In this document: positions 1 through 12,818 of the stretch, piece by piece
Position numbering within the stretch: the stretch's first letter is position 1
Layout: each line of letters starts with the position of its first letter
NCBI RefSeq assembly: GCF_009914755.1
Contig: NC_060925.1
Direction: 5' to 3' (one strand)
Source: the human T2T-CHM13v2.0 reference genome, Homo sapiens
Length of the DNA stretch: 64,000 nucleotides
Position numbers and translations under genes: made by a program
Notes under the pieces: generated by a model
Told to the model about the DNA's origin: nothing
The model's input: the letters and a program-made list of their open reading frames with translations, nothing else
Database searches by the model: none

Positions 1-1011
<1,011 letters not shown>

Positions 1012-1123
1012 CTAGCAGCAGGACCAGCTGGAGGACTTGGTTTGTAGATTGATGTAGTCCCCTTGGGTGGACAAAGACATGATATCTTCTGTGGAATTTC
1101 TCATCATCTTTTCAATGAGGACT
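1012..1123 (-). CDS. RAB29: RAB29 last coding exon (112 nt, ends ...TKSSSWSCC*, di-Cys prenylation motif)
   Basis: ttttag acceptor at 1124-1125; TAG at 1012-1014; completes 612-nt CDS in frame. Confidence 0.96.
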
Positions 1124-1402
1124 CTAAAAGACAAAAAATAAGCCTGAGAAGCTTATTTTGGAGGAAAAGCAGAAATGGCAGATGTAGTCTGACTTATCAT
1201 CAGAGAGTATTTGGTAAAGCCAGAAGGTTTAAATGCCCCTTTGTCCCCAGTTATCTCAGGAAAGACAGTATCCCTGACCTTTAGGGGCTAGCATTCCAAT
1301 GGCTCAGTCTGTCATTGTTGGCTCAGAAATAAGAAAAGAGGGTCCACAGGGCCACAGTGGAAGATGGATACATCTGCATGCCTATCAGCATGAGCTACTT
1401 AC

Positions 1403-1524
1403 CTCATAGCCTCATTAATATTTTTGTTCTCCTTGACTGATGTTTCTGTCCAACCTGTGAAACCGTTCTCTTTACTGAACCGGTCAATCTGGTCCCGGCT
1501 CACTGCCCAAGGGGACAGATCACA
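1403..1524 (-). CDS. RAB29: RAB29 coding exon 4 (122 nt, CDLSPWAVSRDQID...TETSVK)
   Basis: tag acceptor / GTAAGT donor; G4 (NKCD) completion and G5-like ETSVK motif. Confidence 0.96.
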
Positions 1525-1686
1525 CTAGCAAAGAGAAAAAATAAAAGGCAGTATCATAAACTTCCTGCAACTAAGAAAGAATATGGCTCAGATACTGTGG
1601 ATTTTAAACATATTTCCACCAATGGATAAGAACACCAGCATCGGAAATCTATAATCAACATTCTTCCCAAAGAAAGTCTCACCCTT

Positions 1687-1994
<308 letters not shown>

Positions 1995-2142
1995 TCACTC
2001 ACCCTCAACATCCTTTGAAGGAGGTAGAGATGATTTTGCCAACTTAAGAAGGGGAAATGGATGCCCAGAATCAGAGAGCATTTTACTTCCTTTCTAACCA
2101 CAGATAGAGGCTAGGGACCATTTTCTGAGATTGGCCACATAC

Positions 2143-2324
2143 CTTGTTGGCCAAGAGCAGGCAGGGCACCGGCTCTCCATTGGGTAGTGTGAGCTTGCTG
2201 TCTAGGTCCTGTTTCCACCTCTGGCTGTTGCTGAAGGTAGTGGCATTGGTAACGTCAAACATAATAACACAGGCAGAGGCATCCCGATAATACAATCGTG
2301 TCATAGAGGTGAAGCGCTCCTGCC
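2143..2324 (-). CDS. RAB29: RAB29 coding exon 3 (182 nt, GQERFTSMTRLYYRDA...LLANK)
   Basis: Rab switch II and start of NKxD motif; cag/GT boundaries; frame consistent. Confidence 0.97.
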
Positions 2325-2618
2325 CTGGGGAGAAAGGGGAGAGTTCTCAAGGTGACCCAAGAGCCGGCCTCTCCCCATTCCTTGTAGAAGAGGGCAGTAA
2401 GCATATGTGTCAGATGGGGCCACTCACTTTCCCCCTCTGACTCTTGGTTTTCTATCCCATAAAGGGATAATGAAGCCCAATTATTTCCAAGGCAGATTCC
2501 GCACCCAGATTGCTCCAGTCCAAATCCCTGCTCTGCTGCATACTATTTGACTTCGGGCAAATCAAGCTCTCAGTGCTTCAGATTTCTCATTTGTAAAGTG
2601 AAGATAAAAGCAGTCGCT

Positions 2619-2729
2619 TTTTTTTTTTTTTTTGAAACAGTTTCCTGCACTCCTGTTGCCCAGGCTGGAGTGCAGTGGTGCCATCTAGGCTCACTGCAAC
2701 CTCCACCTCCCAGGTTCAAGCAATTCTCC
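2619..2729 (-). mobile_element. 5'-truncated Alu inserted within a MIR
   Basis: Alu right-arm 3' end; MIR core (ctcatttgtaaagtg / gtgaggattaa) on both sides; aaagcagt duplication. Confidence 0.75.
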
Positions 2730-3165
2730 AAAAGCAGTAGCTTTTATGATAGGGTTGATGTGAGGATTAATGAGTCAGTGAATTTAAAATACTTAGAAGA
2801 ATGCTTGGCACATAGTAAGGATTCACTATTTTTACTGTATCTATTTTCTGGGGATCTTGTTTTTCACCAAGGTCAGCCTTAAACCTAGAAAAAGCACCCT
2901 CCCCTGCTGTGGGAGTGTCCACCTATAGTCTGGACAATCCACCACCTTGCCAGCCCCTCCATCCACATAGAGACTGCTCCAGATCTATTCAGGGCAAAAC
3001 ATCTACAAAAGCTCTGCACCTATTCAGCTCATGTGTCCTCAGAGCAGCTCAATCATTCCAGCTTCAGAAAAACAATTTCTGGCTTTGCTGCCCCATTTTT
3101 TCCTCAGAGCTTTCTAGTTAAATCAAAATTTCTTCCCTTGTTCCTATCTAGCCCTCCCACTTTAC

Positions 3166-3237
3166 CTGCAATATCCCACAGCTGAAGCCGCACTATCTCG
3201 TAGTCAGACCACTGGAGAACCTTCAGAGCAAAATCCA
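3166..3237 (-). CDS. RAB29: RAB29 coding exon 2 (72 nt, VDFALKVLQWSDYEIVRLQLWDIAG)
   Basis: WDIAG motif diagnostic of the Rab29/32/38 subfamily; cag/GTAAAG boundaries. Confidence 0.97.
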
Positions 3238-4194
3238 CTGAAAATATATGTACATTATACTTTAATAAAATTTCACTGTAAAAAATTAATAGGGATAAAC
3301 TCAAATCAAATAGGCAGTGAAACCCTATGGACACACAACTCCAATCCCATATGTTTATCTTTAAGCCCTCAATTCACTGAGATGAGTCCACATGCGTGTA
3401 TTTAGTGTGAGATGGATGATTCATACTCACTCTCCAAAGGGGTTTCCAGCTTTTACTCTACTGTCAAGCTCATTTATTTGCTACTGTTTGTCTCCAAGAC
3501 TGGGGGTGGGAGTAACTATGAAAACAATTCTCATTCTCAGGTTAAATAGTTTCTGGGAGATTTAGGGGGTTTTCTCAGGGAAGGGGTGATGGGGGAGAAG
3601 GGGGAAATGAGACAAGTGTGGTTGCTTTCGTATCTTCCACATTCAATTTCACTGTTGGTTTCTAATCAAATTGTATTATGAAAAGAACACACCCTGGGGA
3701 ACTCTACATCCACCATAAGGTTGCAGGTATTATCTTGGGCAAGAATGGAATAAATGGAAAAGGTCCCAGAGGAGTCCCAAGAAGAAGACACTGTGTGGAT
3801 GTTGCTGAAGAGTCCTGCTGGAATCTACCACCAAGTCTGCAGGTGCTGAGACTCCTTAAGGCTGAGTAAGTATTCCATGGGGAAAGCCTTTTGGCTAAGG
3901 AGAGAAACAGAGTAATTTCTGAGGTTTGGAAATATTATCTTTCACATCTGTGACAGGAATCAAAGCTAAGGGAAATTTAGACTAAACACTGAAAAAAAAT
4001 TAGCCAATTATATTCTTTGCTAAAGGAAAACTACAGCAATTGTTAAAAATTAACTATTAATAGCAGGCCACTTTTAACCCAAATCCGTGAAATAGGGACC
4101 CTTATATTATTTAGGAGTGGGAGGGCAGAGCGGTCAGGATAGAGTGTCTGAAACTTTGAACCTTTAATTTTGCCAGACTTAAATTTTTTGTTCC

Positions 4195-4473
4195 TTTGTT
4201 TTTGAGACAGGGTCTCACTCTGTTGCCCAGGCTACAGTGCAGTGAGTGGTGCGAACGGGGCTCACTGAAGCCTCGACCTCCCCAGTTCAAGCAATCCTCT
4301 CGTCTCAGTTTCCCGAGTAGCTGGGACCACGGCTACTTTCTTCTTTAATTTTTGTAGAGGTGGGGGTCTTGCCATGTTTCCCATGGCTGGTCTCGAACTC
4401 CTGGGCTCAAGCAATCCTCCCGCCTCAGCCTCCTAAAGTGCTGGGATTGCAAGTATGAACCACGGTACTGGGC
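4195..4473 (-). mobile_element. Alu (J-like, internally deleted)
   Basis: Diverged Alu consensus. Confidence 0.85.
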
Positions 4474-5399
4474 CCTACTGGGGGTTCTTAAGGAGAATGT
4501 TTTAATTGCAATGTAAATGTTTGTTAATTTCTTTTTAAACTTCCATATGAACAGGAGCACACATTTTCAATTTTTCCATTGGTACGAGTTTTCCCCCCTT
4601 GAAACAAGTTCTTTTAACAGAGAGAAATAAAATTTTAAGTTACTCTCCCCCATCACCAGCTCTTCCTAGCTAAATACCTTCTAATTAACAATAAGGCATT
4701 TCTGCCTCTGAAAAAATAGTTGAGTCCAAAGGCCACACCCGGGAAAGAAATGAATGAACTCGGTGTCCCCTTCCTCCCTACCTTCTCCAGTTTGAGGAAA
4801 AAAGTGGTGGGAAGATAGGTCAGAGAAGTGGTATATTTCACATTCTTGGAAGAATTCCTTGGTTACCTTTATTTAAGCAATCAACGGACAAAAACACAGC
4901 TCATCAGCCCTCATGGGCATCTGACTGCGTAGCCAAGGGGCTCGTTCGGGGATTTTGTGTCTTCCATCCCACCCACAGCCCCACAACAAAGCTACAGTCC
5001 TTCAGACCAGTTCCGCTTCCTGCGTTCTCCCACTGAAGCCAGGTTAAACACCTTGCGGTTCCTCCCTCAACAGAGGGGCAGGACTACAGCCCCAGCCGGC
5101 ACCTAACCAGGAGGCCCCACAGAGGATCTCAGCTGCTTCTGCTGATTGGAGAGATTTGCCGGACAGCTGAAAGGCTGGAGACTTAAGTTCACAGTACGCC
5201 TGCAATAAACAGCAATTGCTCATCCTCATCCTCCCTTCCCTATTTCTCATCTTCACGCCTTTGCTCTTACCTTTCTCCTGGCAGTGGGCTCAGTTTGGGA
5301 AAATCTAACGGGAAACTCAAGAGAGGCGTGTAAACCAAACACCCGGCAATTACACCATCTAGGTTCCCAGACAGTACTTCCTGACCCGAAGAAGGACCC

Positions 5400-6240
5400 A
5401 ACAACCGACAGCAAATCCCCACCCCACTTGGGTCCCCAGCTCGAGTCCGCGGTCGGGGCCTCCTCCTCCCCCTCCCCCTCCCCACCCCCGAGACGTCTCA
5501 CCTCCCACCGTGGACTTGTAGTGTTTGCTGAAGCTGTCCTGGGAATATCGCTGCACCAGCGACGTCTTGCCCACTGCGGCGTCCCCCACCACCAGCACTT
5601 TGAACAGGTGGTCGCGGCTGCCCATGGCTAGCGGGGTGTGCGTTTTAGGGAGGCGGGAAGTGTGGTCGGGGATCGGGGGTCGCTCGTTTTAACCCCTTTG
5701 GATCCGGACCCTCTTCAAACTGAAGTGAGGCATTCCCACCCACCGCCTGTCTGGGCTGCTCTGACGAGAAAGCAAAAAAGGAAACTTTGCACTCAACCTA
5801 TACGCGCTTCCTCCCCGGGCGGCCGCAACCTGGGTGGGGCGCAGGGCGCGAGCTCCGAGCCCCCGGCTGTTCGCACCTTCCCCACCCCGTCCTGGCCTGA
5901 CTGCCGAGAAACTGGACCAGGCGCCGCGGAACCTCACCCACCGGGACTTCCCCCGAGCGGCTCCAAGTCAGTGACTGAATCCCAGTCAGCTCCTTACACC
6001 ACTGGGGCCAGATGATGGGGACCCTCCCCTTGCAGCACAAACCAAATTGTGAGGAAGGAGCAGCCGGCACCTCGATTCCCTAGACGACCTCCCGCGCGCC
6101 TCTCTCTCCCCTTCCTCCGCAAGCGTCACGTGCAGGGTTGCCTGTGGCACTACATTTCCCAGCTTTCCTCGCGGTAAAGAGAACCAGCCGAGTGCGGAGG
6201 CTCACCGCGAAGCCTCCTGGGAAATGTAGTATATTCGTTA
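5400..6240 (-). promoter_or_regulatory. RAB29: RAB29 CpG island / promoter and non-coding first exon(s)
   Basis: High CpG and GC content; candidate donors near 5937-5942 and 5997; E-box GTCACGTG at 6125-6132; inverted ACTACATTTCCCAG pair at 6149-6162 and 6217-6230. Confidence 0.85.
5502..5625 (-). CDS. RAB29: RAB29 first coding exon (124 coding nt, MGSRDHLFKVLVVGDAAVGKTS...)
   Basis: P-loop GDAAVGKTS; ATG at 5625 in GCCATGG Kozak context; GTGAGA donor at 5500-5501. Confidence 0.97.
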
Positions 6241-7394
6241 TTTTGTTTTAAGCAAACCTACACCAAGTTTCAAGGCTTCAAACTCCCTCGACAGTTTGGA
6301 ATCTTATTTTGAAACAATTCTAGGTCAGTAAAGATCCCTTAAGGGGAGATTTGTGCAACGTGATCTCACTGGCCTGAATCCATCCCCAGATAGTTTTCTC
6401 CTGTCTTTAAAGGTTTAACTGAGTTAAGATTGAAACTTATTTCATTAGTAAAAGCCCAAGCCTCATCCATCATGCTCCAAGTGAAGTCCATTTCCTATTC
6501 CTTCAAGTAGATAGACAAGCCCAGGACTTTGTGAAATGACTCATATTTTCTGTGTGAACTTGCCCAATACCAGGCAAGTTCAGGAAAACTTGACCCAAGA
6601 GACCAGTCTTTGGAAAAAACCTATGCCAAAAATTACAGCATTTAATATCCAGCAATAACAATAAAGATGGACAGAAAACAAGAGACAGTTCTCCATTCAT
6701 ACTTCTACAATGCCTATTCTAGCCATACTACTCATGTATCACTTGAGCTAGAAGCTAATTGAAATACACTGGGACTCCTTCTTGATTTGTTGTGGCTGTT
6801 GTTAATAGATAATCATAAAACTAGTGTTTGGCAAATAATTTTAATTTCTCAGCCTGTAACTTTACTGACCTACCTGTCACTTGGGTAGAAGTTGGCAGGA
6901 CATGAGCTCAATGGCAAGCAAAGAGAGCTCCATTTTCTATACTTTTCTAGGAATAGAGGAAGAGAACCAGCGGGGCCATGGGAAAACAGCCCAGGACCAG
7001 ACACTAGGAAATCTAGGTCTCTTGATAGAGAGGCTATCACTTATGTTTTGTGGCGAAAGAACATCAGCATGGTTCACAATATATTTTGCCCAGAATGTTC
7101 GTTACCCAGGTACAGGAGGTTAGTTCAAGCTACTCATCTTTAAGGATCCAGTTTTCTCTGTTCTTATTCGTTTTGACATAGTTGACCACTCCTTGACATT
7201 TGTTTCCCTTATGCCTTCTATGATGCTGTTCTTTCTTTGTCATCCCCGTACTTCTCTGATGATTATCTTTTTCTTTCAGGTTTCTCTCCATCCCATTTCC
7301 CGCTAAGTATTTCCTAAGGCCCGATTCTTGGTCTCTGAGTCAATCATTCGATAAACTCTTTAGTGAATTGTCCTTGGTGTCAAAGATCTATCTT

Positions 7395-7431
7395 CACTTT
7401 ATTTGTTCTTTATCTCTGATCAGTGATATTC
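7395..7431 (+). repeat. 37-bp direct repeat, copy 1 (left flank of ERV fragment)
   Basis: cactttatttgttctttatctctgatcagtgatattc, identical to 8754-8790. Confidence 0.95.
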
Positions 7432-7953
7432 TGTCAAGACCAGCTCTGTTGGGGAGACCCTAACCCAGTGGTGCTAGAGGAATTAAAGACACACACACAC
7501 AAATATAGAGGTGTGAAGTGGGAAATCAGGGGTCTGATTTCCTTTAGAGCTTTTAGAGCTGAGAGCCCCGAACAGAGATTTACCCACGTATTTATTAACA
7601 GCAAACCAGTCATTAGCATTGTTTCTATAGATATTAAATTAACTAAAAGTATCCCTTATGGGAAACGAAGGGATGGGCCGAATTAAAGGAATAGGTTGGG
7701 CTAGTTAACTGCAGCAGGAGCATGTCCTTAAGGCACAGATCACTCATGCTATTGTTTGTGGCTTAAGAATGCCTTTAAGCGGTTTTCCACCCTGGGCGGG
7801 CCAGGTGTTCCTTGCCCTCGTTCCTGTAAACTTACAACCTTCCAGCGTGGACGTTAGGGCCATTATGAACATGTTACAGTGCTGCAGAGATTTTGTTTAT
7901 GGCCAGTTTTGGGGCCAGTTTATGGCCAGATTTTGGGGGGCCTGCTCTCAACA
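7432..7953 (-). mobile_element. MER9-type LTR (HERV-K HML-3), 3' LTR
   Basis: Minus strand starts TGTTGAGAGCAGGCCCCCCAAAATCTGGCCATAAACTGGCCCCAAAAC and ends ...TGACA; preceded by a polypurine tract (AGAGAAGAAGGGACA). Confidence 0.85.
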
Positions 7954-8753
7954 TGTCCCTCTTCTCTGATTTGCAAATTGATAAATGCAAAGGCAGCTTT
8001 GTCACGGTGAGCTACTTCTCGCAGGAGTCAGGATACACATCTGCAGACTATACAAAGACAAACAACACAGATTAAAAGCACAATCATCATTGAAATCACA
8101 GAGCTTCCAAGTGTTTTTATCCATTTTCGGCTCCTTTAAGCACTCCAGTTCCTGGCATTAAGGTCAAGTGTGCCTCGGATGCTTTAAATATTTCTTCTTT
8201 TAATTTTAAATCCTTATGTTAAGCTCCTAGAGCGGGCCATATCATTTGAGGTTGAGGTGTCACTATACTGCCATGGTTCCAGATAATAGGAACTCTTGCT
8301 GTACTTCTTATTATATCTACCATCTGACCATTTTGTTCAGACCAGCTGAACATAGTGTGGCCGTGGCACGCAGACTGAGAGGTGCAATTCAAGCTAAACA
8401 TCCCCTTAGGGGACCAATTAATAATGATTCCATAGGAATCATTGTGCAGCATCTCTGCCTGTTCTGCAATGCAATCTTCCTAAACAAGTACGTTCATTTT
8501 TTCTAACTGGGTCCAATCCTGTTTACAAGTAAGTTTTTGAGGGCGGTATGCCTCAATTATAGGAGCAGATTTATTATGGTAAATACTGAGATCAGAAAGC
8601 ATGTGTAACTGCGTCATAAAGTGATTGCATCCAGGCATTATTGCCAGCCAAGATTGATAAATATACCCAATAAGTATAATTGTTCTCTGTGTCAGCCCTT
8701 AATGAAGGAATACTCACGGCACTGGTGATAACCGCTATCATAGCTACCATTAA
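7954..8753 (-). pseudogene. Degraded, internally deleted HERV-K(HML-3) env fragment
   Basis: Translates to MVAMIAVITSAVSIPSLRADTENNYTYW (signal peptide/SU start), SYGIIINWSPKG, and KWIKTLGSSVISMMIVLLICVVCLCIVCRC (TM anchor), all resembling HERV-K Env. Confidence 0.8.
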
Positions 8754-8790
8754 CACTTTATTTGTTCTTTATCTCTGATCAGTGATATTC
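8754..8790 (+). repeat. 37-bp direct repeat, copy 2 (right flank of ERV fragment)
   Basis: Identical to 7395-7431. Confidence 0.95.
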
Positions 8791-8974
8791 AGCTGCCCAA
8801 AAGGTGCCCCCACTTGGATGTCCTGCCACATCCTTCCTCTTACTACATTGCCATAAAAATAGCTCCTTTTCTCAGCTTCCCTATTTCTGTCACTGGTCTC
8901 ATCATTTCTTGCCTCCATGTAGACTTCAGATTCTGAGCATTATTATTTCCTTTACACATGTCCCTTTATACCTA

Positions 8975-9284
8975 TTTATTTGTTTGTTTGTTTGTTTATT
9001 GAGATGGAGTCTCACTCTGTTGTCCAGGCTGGAGTGCATTGGCATGATCTTGGCTCAGTGCATCCTCTGCTTCCTGGGCTCAAGTAACTCTTGTGCCTCA
9101 GCCTCCTGCGTAGCTGGGACTACAGGCGCATACCACCAAGCCTGGCTAATTTTTGTATTTTTTTTGTAGAGACAGGGTTTTACCATGTTGGCCAGGCTGG
9201 TCTTGAACTCCTGACCTCAAGTGATCTACCCGCCTCAGCCTCCCAAAGTGCTGGGATTACAGGCGTGAGCCGCCGCACCTGGTC
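8975..9284 (-). mobile_element. Alu (S-type)
   Basis: Alu consensus with TTTG-derived tail. Confidence 0.92.
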
Positions 9285-9390
9285 TATACCCTTTTAAAAA
9301 AAATTCAGTTACCATGTCTGATTGATTGTTTCTTCAGTAAATGGTTTCTCCCACTCATCCTCTCTGCTTCATATTCAGTAATACTTTCCT

Positions 9391-9513
9391 TTTTTTTTTT
9401 TCTCCAACTTTTATTTTAGGTTCAAGGGGTACATGTGCAGGTTTGTTACACGAGTAAACTGCATGTTGCGCGAGTTTGGCTTACAGATAATTTTGTCACC
9501 CAGGTAATCAGCA
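9391..9513 (-). mobile_element. Short 5'-truncated L1P 3' end with TSD
   Basis: ggggtacatgtgcaggtttgttac L1 3'-UTR motif; TSD agtaa(t/c)actttcct at 9377-9390 and 9514-9527. Confidence 0.8.
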
Positions 9514-10254
9514 AGTAACACTTTCCTAGTTCAGGCTTTCACCATCTCACACCTGGATTCCTGCAGTAACCTGTTTATTGGTCTCCCTGAATTTATTTTC
9601 TTTTTAACTCACCGTCTACAACTGGACAGGATGGTTTTCCTAAAACACCATTGTTTGTTCTTCCTTGTCTACCAACTGTCTTTCAAAAAAAAAGGCCAAC
9701 CTCCCTGAAGCTGGTGTCCAAAGCTTTCTATGCACCTGCCCCGGCCTACCTAACCAATTTTATCTCACCCGACTTCAAATGGGAGTTTCCTTCTTCCAAC
9801 AAGGTGAGGTTCCTTATGCTCTTTTAAAGCCCAATGTCATTTTTGATTTTCTATTTTTGTCCAGGATGCATCACCTTTCAGAATACTCTTCAGGTTTCTT
9901 TCTACACATCTAAATCTTACTTAAATATTATTAAGAAAATCAAAAGGAAGAGAAACTATATTATTCACTAAGTGGGAGTGGATTGTCTTAAAGGTCACCG
10001 AAGGTTCTAAAATTTTAGTGTGCATAAGCATCACCTACCTGGGGTACTTGTTAAATACCCACATTTTGATTCTGTAGGGCTAGGGGGTGACCCAGGTTAA
10101 TCTGCATTTTTGACAAGTACTCATGTGATTGCTACACCACATTCCACTTTGAGAAATAGTACTTTTGAGAAATGGTGCTTCAAGGCCTGACTTAAATATC
10201 TACTTATTTATAAACATTTCCCTTATTATTGCAGCCTTTATTGGTCACCTGTAG

Positions 10255-10940
<686 letters not shown>

Positions 10941-11085
10941 TAACTATTTAACTTATATAAGCAACCAGCGTGTCTCGAAGAAAACAGGAAGAAGTAAATT
11001 TTTCCTTCAAAATTTTGACTTTGCTCCTGATCATCTGTGAAAGGAACTACTCTTAGCTTCCAAAATCGGAAAGGTCGGGAGTTAA

Positions 11086-11645
<560 letters not shown>

Positions 11646-11741
11646 TAAATTGCATTTCTGATCTCAGTTTTTAAGAGAGACGGATATAAATAAGAGAAAG
11701 AGAACACACATTCAAGGTGCCAAACAATTGATTTGCACATA

Positions 11742-12185
11742 TAGTGGCCCTTGAACCACTCAGGGGTTAGGAATGCCTACCTACCCTCCAGTCGAAAATT
11801 TGTGTGTCACTTTTGACTCCCCGAGAATTAACTACTAATAGCCTACTGTTGATTGGGAGTCTTACCAATAACATAAACAGCCAATTAACACATATTTTGT
11901 GTGTTATATGTATCATATACTATATTCTTACAATAAAGTAAGTTAGAGAAAATAAAATGTATTAAGAAAATCATGAGGAAGAGAAAATATATTTACTATT
12001 CATTAAGTGGAAGTGGTTCATCATAAAGGTCTTCATTCTTGGTGTTTTCATGTTGAATAGACCAAGGAGGAGGGGAAGAAAGGGGAGGGTTTGGTCTTGC
12101 TGTCTCAGGGGTGGCAGAAGAGGAAGAAAAGCCCTGTGTAAGCGCATCTGTGCAGTTCCAACCCGTGTTGTTCAAGGGTCAACTG
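11742..12185 (-). mobile_element. Tigger2a/MER28-like DNA transposon (a small related fragment lies near 9925-9997)
   Basis: Terminal inverted repeats agtggcccttgaac ... gttcaagggtcaactg; internal match to remembered consensus. Confidence 0.8.
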
Positions 12186-12526
12186 GTATATGTTTGGAAA
12201 TATAGTTTGGAAGCTGGGGGAAAGGGGTCAGCCTTGCTCTGTAACTACCACACTTCCTGTATGTGTCTGCCTTTCTCTTTTCTACTTTTTACTTTCCACT
12301 TTTTATTTTGAAAAATTTCAAACCCATAGAAAAGTTAACAGTACAATGCATACTAATATGTCCTTCATCGGGATTTACCAATTACTAACATTTTGCCATA
12401 TCTGCTTTGTCTCTTTGTGTGTGTGTTGAACTGTTTGAAAGTAAGTAGCAGACACTTCAAGCTTAAATACTTCAACATGCAGCTCCTAATAATAAAATTA
12501 TCCTACAAAGCCAAAATACCATTATC

Positions 12527-12818
12527 TTTTTTTTTTTTTTTTTTTTAAGACAGAGTCTCATTCTGACATCCAGGCTGGAGTGCAGTGGCACCATCTTGGC
12601 TCACTGCAACCTCTGCCTTCTGAGTTTAAGTAATTCTTCTGCCTCAGTCTCCCAAGCAGCTGGGACTACAGGTGCACGCTACCACACCGAGCTATTTTTA
12701 ATAGAGATGGGGTTTGCCATGTTGGCCAGGCTGGTCTCGAATTCCTGGCCTTAAGTGATTTGCCTGCCTCGGCCTCCCAAAGTGCTGGGATTACAGGAGT
12801 GAGCCACCTCGCCCAGCC
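12527..12818 (-). mobile_element. Alu
   Basis: Alu consensus; caaaataccatt TSD. Confidence 0.9.
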
